Below, in pieces: positions 1 to 13,371 of a stretch of 64,000 nucleotides of DNA. Position 1 is the first letter of the stretch. Each line of letters starts with the position of its first letter. The notes below the pieces were generated by a model that worked only from the letters and a program-made list of their open reading frames with translations, had not been told where the DNA came from and searched no databases. Made by a program: the position numbers and the translations under genes. This DNA comes from Tubiluchus corallicola (Eukaryota; Animalia; Priapulida), in NCBI GenBank assembly GCA_030141605.1, contig JAQGDQ010000625.1, positions 60,780-124,779 on the forward strand, given 5' to 3'.

Positions 1-1596
1 CACTGGACATTCTAATAGCAATGTCATTGAAAGCACTGCACTGGACATTCTAATAGCAATGTCATTGAAAGCACTGCACTGGACATTCTAATAGCAATGT
101 CATTGAAAGCTCTGCACTGGACATTCTAATAGCAATGTCATTAAAAGCACTGCACTGGACATTCTAATAGCAATGTCATTAAAAGCTCTGCACTGGACAT
201 TCTAATAGCAATGTCATTGAAAGCTCTGCACTGGACATTCTAATAGCAATGTCATTAAAAGCACTGCACTGGACATTCTAATAGCAATGTCATTGAAAGC
301 TCTGCACTGGACATTCTAATAGCAATGTCATTGAAAGCTCTGCACTGGACATTCTAATAGCAATGTCATTGAAAGCACTGCACTGGACATTCTAATAGCA
401 ATGTCATTGAAGGCACTGCACTGGACATTCTAATAGCAATGTCATTGAAAGCACTGCACTGGACATTCTAATAGCAATGTCATTGAAGGCACTGCACTGG
501 ACATTCTAATAGCAATGTCATTGAAAGCACTGCACTGGACATTCTAATAGCAATGTCATTGAAAGCACTGCACTGGACATTCTAATAGCAATGTCATTGA
601 AAGCACTGCACTGGACATTCTAATAGCAATGTCATTGAAAGCTCTGCACTGGACATTCTAATAGCAATGTCATTGAAAGCTCTGCACTGGACATTCTAAT
701 AGCAATGTCATTGAAAGCACTGCACTGGACATTCTAATAGCAATGTCATTGAAAGCACTGCACTGGACATTCTAATAGCAATGTCATTGAAAGCACTGCA
801 CTGGACATTCTAATAGCAATGTCATTGAAAGCACTGCACTGGACATTCTAATAGCAATGTCATTGAAGGCACTGCACTGGACATTCTAATAGCAATGTCA
901 TTGAAAGCTCTGCACTGGACATTCTAATAGCAATGTCATTAAAAGCACTGCACTGGACATTCTAATAGCAATGTCATTGAAAGCACTGCACTGGACATTC
1001 TAATAGCAATGTCATTGAAAGCTCTGCACTGGACATTCTAATAGCAATGTCATTGAAAGCACTGCACTGGACATTCTAATAGCAATGTCATTGAAAGCAC
1101 TGCACTGGACATTCTAATAGCAATGTCATTAAAAGCACTGCACTGGACATTCTAATAGCAATGTCATTAAAAGCACTGCAGTGGACATTCTAATAGCAAT
1201 GTCATTGAAAGCACTGCACTGGACATTCTAATAGCAATGTCATTGAAAGCACTGCACTGGACATTCTAATAGCAATGTCATTGAAAGCACTGTACTGGAC
1301 ATTCTAATAGCAATGTCATTGAATGCACTGCACTGGACATTCTAATAGCAATGTCATTGAATGCACTGCACTGGACATTCTAATAGCAATGTCATTAAAA
1401 GCACTGCACTGGACATTCTAATAGCAATGTCATTGAAAGCTCTGCACTGGACATTCTAATAGCAATGTCATTGAATGCATTGCACTGGATATTCTAATAG
1501 CAATGTCATTGAAGGCACTGCACTGGACATTCTAATAGCAATGTCAATGAATGCACTGCACTGGACATTCTAATAGCAATGTCATTGAAAGCTCTG
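1..1596. repeat. 38-bp minisatellite array (~42 copies, runs off the window start), in the last Rheb intron
   Basis: Unit CACTGGACATTCTAATAGCAATGTCATTGAAAGCACTG repeated head-to-tail with only point variants and no spacers. Confidence 0.97.
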
Positions 1597-1931
1597 TAGA
1601 AACTAGACAATTAGGTTGAACGGTGAACAATATCTGTAGACTAAAATAACATGGCACATGTATGATTACATGTCACGGATTCCCGTGATTGAGTTCTACT
1701 CTGCTGTTAGACCTTTCATTTACAGTATTGCAAACTAGTTTATTCCGGTTCCTACAACCTTTGCAAATTAGCCTATCTTCCATCTTAGGCAGATTATGTG
1801 CCTTTTACTGCCTATATCCATACAGAACGCTTCATTACCTTGCTAATGAGTGCACGCGTAAGTGAAGTAGGCAGGTATAGGCATGGGAATTTGCTCTACT
1901 TGAAACTTCCACACTTGCCTTGGAAGAATTT

Positions 1932-2039
1932 GATAGATAGATAGATAAATAGATAGATAGATAGATAGATAGATAGGTAGGTAGGTAGGTAGGTAGGTAG
2001 GTAGGTAGGTAGGTAGCTAGGTAGGTAGGTAGGTAGGTA
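1932..2039. repeat. compound microsatellite (GATA)n-(GGTA)n
   Basis: Directly visible. Confidence 0.95.
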
Positions 2040-3237
2040 CAGGGACCATTTGACGCTTGCTATTCCTACAAGCAAACGTCATATGATCCACCTAATTCAT
2101 TAGGTTATTTTTTTCCTCTTTTAAACAGTTTTTTATAGTTATGTGCTGATTTGCGTGTTATATATCTAGCATTAGTACTCTGTGTTTATTGTATTAACTA
2201 TGTGAAAGTGAATAATTATCTATAATTGGTCGTCCTGCTGTGATAGAAAGTAATAATGTAAATGCGCCAAATCATGTAAGTTGCAATAAATTATATTTTG
2301 GTGGCCACTCTTTTAATCAAATAGTCGTGCGGTTTTTATTAAAAGTCAAGAATTAATCTAAATGATATATTTCAATAGCAGCAAACCATTTTAATTAACA
2401 ACTCGTAAACTTAAGCTTTATGCACCTTTTTCTATAAAAACAAACTAGACTATATACACTCCCACGTATTTGTTTAATTCTAATCAACAAATTAAGAACC
2501 AGGCCGATGTCTCTCCCACAAACTTCTGAAAAAGTGAGCATTTTTCACAACATGATCACTTACTTTGGATATTATGGTGTAGAACAAAATGTAAGTGTAA
2601 TAAATACACCATTTACATGCAAACTCATAAAGATACTGTACTGTGTGCCCATCTGCAGTTTAAAATCTTAAATACATTATTGCTAACTACAGACTTAGTA
2701 AACCGTAACAATAAGGCTGCTTAGCTTAACAAGGATAGTTAAAATCGTCCATGGCAGATCTCAGACTCCAAAGTAGTTCACATTTACTTTAGTTTTGAGT
2801 GTTGGCCCGCCTAAGTGATCGTGGAATTAACCCACGGGAGGAAGTTCCGTCTGTGACAAGGCCCAATGAGATCGACGAGTGATTGTATAGATACCCTTGA
2901 ACCCAGGTGAGACGCAGGCATCCCTTGGGGTGGGACCAGTTTATTGGTGGAGCACGGGAGGCAGTGAAAAGTCCTGTCTGGCCAGGATGGACTGACCTAC
3001 ATGTGACACGTGGCTAAGGAGGCACAAGCGTCATTGCCAGTCAAATGATGCACATGCAGTTTCAACTTCCTATCCTTCCTAAGACAGGTTATACCAATCC
3101 TGCCCAAATGTTTTCCACAGAATTCTCTAAATCAACAAAGCAAGGCATCAAACTCTACCCAGCAAGAATATTACAACTCGTTAGCAAAAGAGAAAAGTTT
3201 ATTATTCACCTCACAGATACAAGCAACATCAATTTAC

Positions 3238-6200
3238 CTCATTTTGTTTAGCCGATGTCTCTAAAAATGTAGCCCTCCACGAGTCGGCCACTTTTTTGCC
3301 CTCCTCCGTACTGATTGCACTAAAAACAAAATGCAACGTTAATTTATGTGGGGCACACCTCCTACCGAATGGGAGGCATATGACATTTGCTGAAAAATGA
3401 AATCTTATTGAATTCATATTTTTATAATAGTGATTGCTAAACAACAGTCTCAATTTATACTGTAACCTAGTGTTAGTAACATGAACCTACGACCAGGTGC
3501 TATCTGCACATATTAACAAAGGTAATAAATATACTATCATTTCCTGATAGTATGTAAGTAGTAAGCTGACTAACAACCAAAGTCAGACTAAAAAAACAAC
3601 TGTTTCCAGGTGGCAGCACTTTCTAAGACAATTAAAAACACACAACTGAAAGAACAAAATATGATGCAGTGTGAGTATATCACACAGACGCTTATGATTT
3701 CGTGAAGGGCGTCCTGCTAAGATAACGGATTCATCTGTGCAACACATGGTCAACACCGTCAATTATTTAAATACAAAACATTGTTGATGTAAGACAGGGG
3801 TGTGCAAATTGCGGCCCGTCGAGACAATTTGTGCGGCCCGCAAAGAGATTTGTCAACCTAGTGAAAGTGCGGCCCGGGCGATTAATTGAGTGTATCTAGC
3901 TGAAGTCCGTGCCACCATCCCAAAGATAGTGCGGGTAGTTTTTTTTCTACTAGATCGGATGCCATTAACCCTTACAAGACGGTTGTAGCTTAATGTCGCT
4001 GTACTACACAGAATGTGTGATACACATTACTAACATGCGTTGTAATGAAATTACTACTATCTGTCCTGAAAGTAGAAATATATGGTTTGTAATATAAATT
4101 TTAATAACTTCTAAAATAGTTTTTTGAGTAGTAATGATGTACGCAGGTCGGATGCAAAAAAATTGTTATTAGGCCTTTCTGTACTTGGTTCCTTGATCAA
4201 ACTGCCTGTGGCCCGCAGGAATTGTGGGAAAGTGGCCCGGCTAGTCAGATAATTTGCACACCCCTGATGTAGAGCTTCCTCTTTCATTGTATTTCATATA
4301 TACTTGCAAGCATAGAGAAAACAACAAGGCAGTTTGCACAGTTTTTCATGTACATTGTGAAGTACAGCAATAACAAAATACTATGGATATATCTAGCTGA
4401 TGGATAACCTAGCCACCGGGGGGCAAGCCAGCCCAACTCAGTGCCCAGATAAATAGGGAGGGTTAGGGTCAGGAAGGGCATCCGCCTGTAAAAACTACGC
4501 CAAAACCTTCTATGAATGAGTCGGTGAGACTTAAAGGGAAAGTCCACAAAGAAGTGGTCAGACCCGCTCTAATCGATGGGCTGGAAGCAGCTTCTCTAAA
4601 GAAGACCGAAGAGAAGAAAATGGGTGTGGTGGAGATGAGGATGTTGAGATGAATGGTGGGAATAACAAGAAAAGATAAAATTAGAAATAATAATATCAGA
4701 GGAACAGTAAAAGTAGTGGAAGCCTCGCAAGATTGCGATGGTATGGACACCTGAAAAGAAGAGTCTTTGAAGATCATGTGGGAAGGGAGGTCATAAATGA
4801 AGAGATGGTCAACAACAGGAATGCGTGGAGAAGACTCATTCACAACGGCGACCACGAATAGGGAAAAGCTGGGAAGAAGAAGAAGAAGATATCTAGCTGA
4901 TGGATACCAGACATAAACACTCACAAAACACGTAAAATGCTATAGCACACTGTAAGTTTTGAGTATCAACAAAATAACTATAAATACTGTCAATGAGTTT
5001 GGTAAGTGTTAACACGAAAACTAAAAAATGACTCACCGTTCTAAGTGTAAATCTGTCTTGTTACCCACTAGTACAACAGGTAAACTGAAAAATAGGCAAT
5101 CAGTATCAGATCTATTTCTCCAGTAAAGAATGTAAAGCATCTAGATTTTTGACATTTTTGTTGGTATTTTCTATCAACATTTTCACCCGGCTAAAACAGC
5201 CTTATTCATAAAGATTAATGACGTTGCAGGAAGGACAAGAAAGACTTATGTAAACTTAGGTTTGACTCATGGAAAGACTGGAAAGACTTATGTAAACTTA
5301 GGTTTGACCATGGAAAGACTGGAAAGACTTATGTAACCAGAAAAGAAAATTATGAATTATTTAACATGCTTTCACCAACTGGTAAAATGTTGCTGACTCA
5401 CCCGCCAGGGTGCACCACTTACTAACCGAAAACATATTTTTAATCTTACTGACAACATACAGTAATTTAAAATTTTACTTAGTTAGTGATGTGTGCGCTA
5501 TGAATTCTCTGATTATTTTTTAAAACTTTACTCAATGTTATCTAAACTTGTTTCAAACGACCTTCCATTAGTCGTATACTGCCCTTACAGGCATTTATTT
5601 AAACGAAATACTTTATGATGGTAACTGTTTGTGGTGTGTAAGGCTACTGACGTATTTAACCTCTATGGGCTTTTAAAGTGCTTAAAGCTGTACAGGGGAA
5701 CGTGTTACTAAATCAAGATCATTTTGTAATAAAAATATCAAATGAACATTTAAATGATATTTAAAGCACAAGAAAACTCTCCAATTACATAAAGCGTAAA
5801 AAATTTGTCTTGAAATTTTATATCCTTCACATACTGCCTTTTTGCATACAGGGCTTGCGTCGGCAGCAACGCTGTACAAAACTTGCAATTTAAACTCCCG
5901 CGATGGCCGTTAGACGCGGCCATTTTGACGATAAGTCGTTTGAAACAAGTTTAGACAACAATGAGTAAAGTTTGAAAAAATAATCAGAGAATTCAGAGAA
6001 ATAATCAGTCTAGCAAACCCCTTACACAGCTCTAATTAGCAGACCTAAGCTCGTTAATATTTCGGTATGCATTTTACGCATGAACAGACATTTTACTCTT
6101 CTACAACGACAAGTTTTCTAAGACCCCAAAATCGTTAGTAAGCGAACAATTAAGTATCATTAATCATGCACATCATTGCCTCATCTATCATATCCCTATG

Positions 6201-9200
6201 TCATCAGCCACCCACTAATTTTCGCCATTTTTTCCTTCCTGTTTTACCACCAATATATGAAGTTATATCATATTTCTTAATGCAGGGATGAGAATGACAA
6301 ATTGCAAAAAACTCTGAAACAGGCCGGGGGTTTTGGGGCCGCAATGGGGTTGAAATTGCAATTTTGTGATAATAGAGAGCCTCTAAGTGGACTTAAAATA
6401 TCAATTACCTTGTTTCATGCATAATTTAAAATACCCAACTATCAAGGATACATGATGCCTAATTGTCTCAAAAACGCCCAAGTACTGGCCGCTCCTATGC
6501 AAAAGTTTATAAAAACTGTCTGCAATTGACTCAAATAACTCCACACAATTGATTCTATATTTTTATACATAGATATACACGTGGTTACTCTGATGTACGT
6601 GATGTAAACAAAGTGACAGCCTGCCAACTAGCGGTCAGCTTGTGAAACAATGTACTGCGTCGGTAAAAATTTTCACAACATATTTACGCGATTTACAAAG
6701 ATGCCACTACTGGTCTTAAAAAAACTCGGAATTCCGCGTATCAGCAGAAAATTCTCATCGCTGATAATGGTTTCTTACACTATGACTGCCTTCACATGAG
6801 AGGTTTTTATTTAGGCTCTTTTTTATAGACCTGCTAGCCAATCAACTAGTACCATTATAAGATTTCACCTGTCCACGTATGTATTGTTCCAATTTTTTGT
6901 GTACCAATAAATACAGTTTAAAAAAAGCGAACAATTAAAAGTAACTTAGCTGTATTTTGTTTAGAGACTTTTTTATTTGACAGACTGCATGCATCCGCAG
7001 GGCTTAGTCAACAAACATTGACGCTTGTAGTAAAAACAGAACCTAACTGATGCAAGGGCAATCCTCTAAGATGAGCAACTGAATTGGCAGAGACACATTA
7101 GAGATATTCGGACGCATGTCTTCACTCCATGAGGTAAACAACCATGATCAGTATGGCAAACAAAATCAACTGGAACAAGTACTGAACATACTGAACCCAG
7201 GTGGTCACAAACCACTCACTGATCAGACACGGGGTTGCTTAACTTCGGTCACGAAAGACACGAGCAAGACCACTCACTCGGCTATTCACCTCAACGATTA
7301 ACTCTCTCGATAAAAACACGTCAATTTCAAACCACGGTGATAATCTAATTCACAAATGAGCTATTGTATTAGTGATTGAAAATCCAGATTTAAAACATGA
7401 CCACGTAAGTCAAGCACAGCCCATGTGCCAACTAAACTTACTTTACTTTTCCTGTCATGTCTAACAGCTTGTCATGTATCACTTTCACCACCTCAAAGCT
7501 CTTGTTGGATGTAATTGAGTAAACTAGAATATAACCGTGAATGTCCATCACGTACGATTGTGGAATGATAGAATATTCATCCTATCAAACAAAAACAATT
7601 ACACATAGAGAGAATCACGGATTTCTGATTCGCAAAATTTTTCAGGTGGTTTCAGTTGGCAACATTGTTTAGCATTTTCACAAATATAGAAAAACTGCTA
7701 CATGTAATGCAATGTGAAGAATTAGCAAGAATAATCAAGCAAGAATTAGAAGAAAGCTTACGTTAGAGCTCATTCTAACACGATGTGATAGCTACTACTT
7801 TAAAAATGGCCAAGACTCTCGTTAAAAATGAGCATAACACAAGTGCGCTTTATTTCACAACTGTTTTCCAATTCTATAAAAACAAATCTTTAGAAGTAGT
7901 CAGGCGTTTGCAGACTCGTCGTAAAACTAGAAAGGCGACTGCTAGCAGTAAAAAACTTGGTAACGAATAAAATGATGAATCAGCACTAATACACCATTAT
8001 GAGCAGACTTTTAAGATAATTTAGTAGGTAGTTTTTTCGATACTGGTTTTTTTTCATCTGATATGATTCCAATATTTAATCTGGGGGAACCGATTCAATG
8101 CAATCCAATTAATATATGTGGCACCAGCAAATTTAAGTGCAAGAGTTATATAAAAGGGAGAGGAAACTTTTTTTTGCAAGTAGGCCTGACCTTGAATTAC
8201 ATTTATGATGGTGTATATTACAGTATGCATATGCCTATTTGTGATGATCTTAAATTCAGTTACATTTATGATGGTGTATATTACGTATGCATATGCCCAT
8301 TTGTGATGATCTTAAATTCAGTTACATTTATGATGGTGTATATTACAGTATGCATATGCCTATTTGTGTTGATCTTAAATTCAGTTACATTTATGATGGT
8401 GTATATTACAGTATGCATATGCCTATTTGTGATGATCTTAAATTCAGTTACATTTATGATGGTGTATATTACAGTATGCATATGCCCATTTGTGATGATC
8501 TTAAATTCAGTTACATTTATGATGGTGTATATTACAGTATGCATATGCCCATTTGTGATGATCTTAAATTCAGTTACATTTATGATGGTGTATATTACAG
8601 TATGCATATGCCCATTTGTGATGATCTTAAATTCAGTTACATTTATGATGGTGTATATTACAGTATGCATATGCCCATTTGTGATGATCTTAAATTCAGT
8701 TACATTTATGATGGTGTATATTACAGTATGCATGTGCCCATTTGTGATGATCTTAAATTCAGTTACATTTATGATGGTGTATATTACAGTATGCATATGC
8801 CTATTTGTGTTGATCTTAAATTCAGTTATTTTTTATGATGGTGTATATTACAGTATGCATATGCCTATTTGTGATGATCTTAAATTCAGTTACATTTATG
8901 ATGGTGTATATTACAGTATGCATATGCCCATTTGTGATGATCTTAAATTCAGTTACATTTATGATGGTGTATATTACAGTATGCATATGCCCATTTGTGA
9001 TGATCTTAAATTCAGTTACATTTATGATGGTGTATATTACAGTATGCATATGCCTATTTGTGTTGATCTTAAATTCAGTTATTTTTTATGATGGTGTATA
9101 TTACAGTATGCATATGCAAAAAGCTATTTAAAAAATTATATTTAACTAAAATAAAATGAAATTTGGTAGGTTAACACTGAGATTAAAACTTCATTAAACT

Positions 9201-12200
9201 GAAATAATGGCTTTAATTAACATCATTTTGGTTTCCAACTTTTTTGCAAAATTTACATTCCAAAAAAACACTACGTATGGCAACAAAGTGAATGAAATGC
9301 AAGCTTATAAACTTGCCATGCTATGCATGAGTTTAATATACGGGCCATATCTACAGCCTGTGCTCATCAGCTGTGGATAAACAGCTTTGACTGTTTGACA
9401 TTGAAGCACAACAAGTTGAGGTCGGCTCAAGGTAAGACACTGAGTGTGTATATCATACTGTAAGGACATGTGGCTGTACTTAGAGCAAGAATTCGATACT
9501 TGTGCCAGCCTAGCAAGCATACAGGTGAACACTACAGAGCCTGTTTTCTAGAAAGCAGTGCAACTATTGAAAGTTTAAGCAGATAAAATGGCCAATGTCA
9601 CAATTTTGTTTTTCAATTGCATTTATATAATTCTAAAATGATAATGTCATTTATGGCAGCCACACGTAGGAGGAAGACTAGAAAACATTTGCTCTCTTCA
9701 TAAATTAATATTATTGTTAGTAATATTATTAAGAGCATTATTAATTATTAGTATTGTTGTATTGGTTGTATTTGTTTTTATAAAATAATTTTACTCTATT
9801 TTATCCTATGTCAGCAATTCGAAATATCGACAAATATTGGAATTTTGTTAAACATCGAGGAAGTCTGATATCGAATATTCAATGAATATCTAACTGCAGG
9901 AAAAAACGTGTGTAAGATTCAGCAAATCTTTTCACATAAGAAAAGCAAGCAATTCTAAGCAGATTTTTATTTCAGTTTGATTTTTTTTGATAATGCACTT
10001 ATTATTACCATGTATGAATTGTACTAACACGTTATAAGCATATCAATTTAATGTCATTCGTAACAATTAAATTTTTATTATAAGCAGTACTAACACTAAT
10101 ACACTGTAGCATAGCGCCTATAAAAATGTTCATCACTAACCATAGGTCAGCTGACTAGATGACCAATTGGTCTTTCGCTGCCCTTTCTTCACATTTTTGT
10201 TTCCAAATTAATTGTATTATATCTGTGCGTGTTTTACAAGATAAATAAAAAGATTATTATTATTATTATTTCAGTAAAATCTTTTCACATAAGAGAAGCA
10301 AGCAATTCTCAGATGCAGATGGTCATGTCTATTTGCATTCGTGGCCAGATTAACGTGATTCTGAAAAAAAATTACACCTTTGCTGCATTAGAGCAACCCG
10401 TATTAGGTAACATAGTGAGAGAACACACCTGACCAGCAGTATCCACTAACTTCAGTTCATACGCTTGTCCTCGTATCTTTACATCTTTAGAAAATGCTGC
10501 AATGCGCGAAAATAGACAAAATCAGTGATGTTAAAGTCTTTATTCAAAAATTCACTGTACATCATGTCCACTGTCCAGATGACATCGCAGTAATGGAAGA
10601 TAACATCCGTCTAAGTGGATGTTACTATTATGTCATGGCAAAGACTGACACCTTTGTGTTAGAAATATATTGCATCAATAGCATATTAACAGGTACAGCC
10701 AAGTGACCCCAACCAACGGGTCATTTGCGGCTTGGCATCTTGTGCACATAATAATAAATATACAGTGGCCGCCGCTTATTGTGGACACCTCGGGCCAGCA
10801 GTGTATGTCCATATTAAGCGGCTGTCCATATTAAGCGAAGTGACCCATGAAGACCCTTCCCCTTCATTAAAAAAGGCAAAAAACTGTCTGTATCAACTCG
10901 TCTCCTGTTTTATTGAAAAAAAGAAGTCAGACGAGTTTGTTTGGCAGGAAACTTTTCTCTCAACCTTGAACGGAAGGAAGTTATCACAGTTTCGAAGCTC
11001 TCAAGGCCACGGCAAACGGCGAACTGACTGATGCAATGACTCACACAGGCAGCAGAGCGGGAAGCTCTTTTCAATCACGCGCGCAGGGCGTGGTTGGCAC
11101 GGCTGGTCACGTGCCAAGAATGTTCGCTGTCCATATTAAGCGGCGGTTGTCCATATTAACCGGCGGATTTTATAGGGGAAAATTCCGTCCCTCGCGAGTT
11201 GTCCACAATAACCGGCTGTCCACAATAACCGTGTCCATAATAAGCGGCGGCCACTGTATTATTAAATACTTTTATGTACAAAGCTGTAATGATCATTGTG
11301 GACATATTTAATAAATAAATAAAAAAATAAATAAAATAATGCTAATAACACCTATAGATCACCTGCAACAAAGAAATTTTACTACTCACTGTTTTCTATG
11401 GTTGGGTCATATGAATCAACAAACTGTCCGTCCACGAACTGTATTGTCAGCGACGATTTGCCTATGAAATATTTAGCCCATCAATCAAATAATAATAAGA
11501 TACAAGTTCTAGTTCAACTTTCTTGTATAGCTTATCTAGAAAAGCATGCTAAATCACTAACCTTACAATATACAAAATTCTGCTTTCTAAAAATTATAGA
11601 AAAGAAGCTAATAAGTACTAGTTACAGGCAAATTTTTTAACTGACGCTATAAATACTTGGTATTTAAATATAATGAACCTGTTTTGAGGTTAATTTCTTT
11701 TGGTACATTAAACTAGGCCTATCACTGTTTTTGCAAGATTTATTTAATTTTTATTTTTCTGTTATACATTTTTATCTTTTAACAAATCAAAGAAGAGCTA
11801 CAAGTTACACAAAAAGAGGACCTGTTCCATAAACAATATTACTGTGATTTACTCGCGCCCTTGTCAACTGGTGTGTGCGAACAATAATCACTGGCAAAGG
11901 CTTTAACACACTGTAGTTATTTGAATATTATTCATCCTTGCAGCTTTCATTTATGTCCCCACCTGTCATGTCTTTCCTGGTTAAGCAGCAAATTATTAAA
12001 ACCCACATGGTGATGGAAGGTTTGTTTAATAACGTGTCCGACAGTTATTAGTTTATCAATGAAGCCTACCATAGGCTGTGGAATTTGTAAACATTTAACA
12101 GGAATGTTGAGATTATCTTTATATTTGTAGTTGTAAGACTGTTGGAAGCGAAGTAGGATACTAGCCGAAGTAGGACAGTTTGGCGTACATGGACTAGCCC

Positions 12201-13165
12201 AAGCAGGACACGTCCAACATGGGCTAGCACAAGAAGGATGTGTCGTACATGGGCTGCCCAAGTAGGACACTAGAGGCAGGTCAAGAACTGAGTCATCAAC
12301 CGTACGGCAGTGTCCGTTGTCCTTGTTTATTTAATAATAATAACTGAAAACGTCAATACACGTTTAATCATGTTTATTATAAATCTGATAAAATAAAAGA
12401 ACCTTATTCTGAGCTAGTACAGGCCATTATTAAATTTGGCTTCCATATTAAAGTTTTGAAGTGAAACAAGCCCACTTTTTACGTGATTTCAACATTTGCT
12501 TAAAGTATTATCATTATTTATTTTGTCTCGCTTCACAGATAGGTGATCTGTTTCACAACCTCTTGGACAAATAATTGTTTACTACTAAGTAAACGAGCTA
12601 GCGAGCTATGTGCCCTACATAGTTTATCTCTTTAAAGCATTAGATACTTATGTTATGATGATTTTAATGAGCTAATACATGTATTACGATATTATTGTAA
12701 AAATACATTTGTAAATTGTCAAGGACTATACATAATTATTATAAAGTTACTTCTTTTTCTAAAACAAATTTAGTTTTATGTTTTGTTATGACATAATTCT
12801 CAATTCTTGACAGAAATTGCCAGTGGCCTACTTGGACTGCCCATGTGCTACTCTGCTTTTCCGTACATTTAGCACGTGTTTTAGTGGAAGTGTCCTACTT
12901 TGGCTAGTAGCGTGTACTCCACGTCCTACAAAGACAATTTTATCTTTTGACAGTTATGGTGGACACTGTCACCGACTCAACAACTAATTTCTAATGTTTT
13001 TGATGACCATCTTTATCAAAGTCAGCTTGATTGGTGAGAATTGTGGTACATCATAATTCATAAAGTGCACTGTGAAGGAGATGAATTCAGAAATGAAAAT
13101 TTTGAATCATGCTTACCAACGGATCGAAATCCCATTAAGGCAATTTTGCGCTGTTTTGTTGGCAT
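3238..13165 (-). CDS. RHEB: Rheb (Ras homolog enriched in brain) GTPase, 3'-partial; terminal CaaX exon not found in window
   Basis: GT-AG exons: 13165-13117 [17 protein letters not shown]; 11461-11390 [24 protein letters not shown]; 10496-10429 [22 protein letters not shown]; 7581-7442 [46 protein letters not shown]; 5084-5037 [16 protein letters not shown]; 3319-3238 [27 protein letters not shown]. All phases compatible. Rheb-diagnostic Arg in G1 (GFRSVGKS) and the YDPTIENTF effector loop are present. Confidence 0.96.
3795..4266 (+). mobile_element. hAT (Charlie/Buster-type) MITE, family A copy
   Basis: TIR CAGGGGTGTGCAAATT...AATTTGCACACCCCTG; imperfect flanks ATGTAAGA/ATGTAGAG; same ~480-bp body recurs five more times in the window. 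Confidence 0.9.
4407..4888 (+). mobile_element. non-autonomous RTE-clade retroposon (5' UTR fused to ORF 3' end, (GAA)n tail)
   Basis: 18-bp TSD ATATCTAGCTGATGGATA at 4389-4406 and 4889-4906; RTE-like 5' motif GTCAGGAAGGGCATCCG; decayed RTE C-terminal peptide (the 51.9-kb copy reads EMRMLRWMVGITRRDKIRN). Confidence 0.85.
5238..5337. repeat. short ~40-bp tandem repeat, ~2.5 copies
   Basis: AAGACTTATGTAAACTTAGGTTTGAC(T)CATGGAAAGACTGG repeated. Confidence 0.8.
5501..5995. mobile_element. unclassified MITE-like element with ~60-bp terminal inverted repeats
   Basis: 5501-5561 is the reverse complement of 5935-5995 with few mismatches. Confidence 0.65.
8197..9117. repeat. 63-bp minisatellite (~14.5 copies) in a Rheb intron
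   Basis: Unit TTACATTTATGATGGTGTATATTACAGTATGCATATGCCCATTTGTGATGATCTTAAATTCAG; explains the 21-aa periodic ORFs in the track. Confidence 0.96.
10763..11256. mobile_element. Tc1/mariner-pogo-type MITE
   Basis: TA|CAGTGGCCGCCGCTTATT...AATAAGCGGCGGCCACTG|TA; subterminal TGTCCATATTAAGCG repeats. Confidence 0.88.
12130..12931. mobile_element. degenerate DNA-transposon-like element with subterminal repeats
   Basis: TACTAGCCGAAGTAGGACA-type repeats at 12150-12270 mirrored by TGTCCTACTTTGGCTAGTA at ~12890-12910. Confidence 0.45.
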
Positions 13166-13371
13166 AACGAAAGACAGCAATATTAACTTGATGTTACATG
13201 AATAAATTAAGTAGTAGCCTATAGTCAAACTTTATAAAAATGGACTATTAACAAAAAGTAGCACAAACACAAACTCTTCGATAACACGGTATGAAAAGTT
13301 GATGCGCATGCGCTGCCTTTCAGCAATAGCAGGCGTCTTTGTTTCGCTAACACATGTTACTTGAAACGAAA
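13166..13371. promoter_or_regulatory. compact bidirectional promoter/5' UTR region of Rheb and NIT2 with NRF1-type palindrome
   Basis: Divergent ATGs at 13165 (-) and 13372 (+); TGCGCATGCGC at 13303-13313. Confidence 0.7.

Noticed and set aside
1-1596. CRISPR-like array (38-bp partly palindromic repeats)
   Set aside because: Units are contiguous with no unique spacers, there are no cas genes, and the context is a eukaryotic intron
2800-3180. Possible solo LTR (GC-richer block, TG start, AATAAA on - strand)
   Set aside because: Could not identify a matching end with a target-site duplication
1597-3237. Terminal Rheb exon with CaaX box
   Set aside because: No acceptor plus C-a-a-X-stop segment found; it presumably lies left of the window
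8063-9131. Long repetitive ORFs (342, 183, 171, 98, 75 aa)
   Set aside because: Artefact of a 63-bp unit divisible by 3; open in several frames and on both strands, frameshifted by unit indels, and inside a Rheb intron
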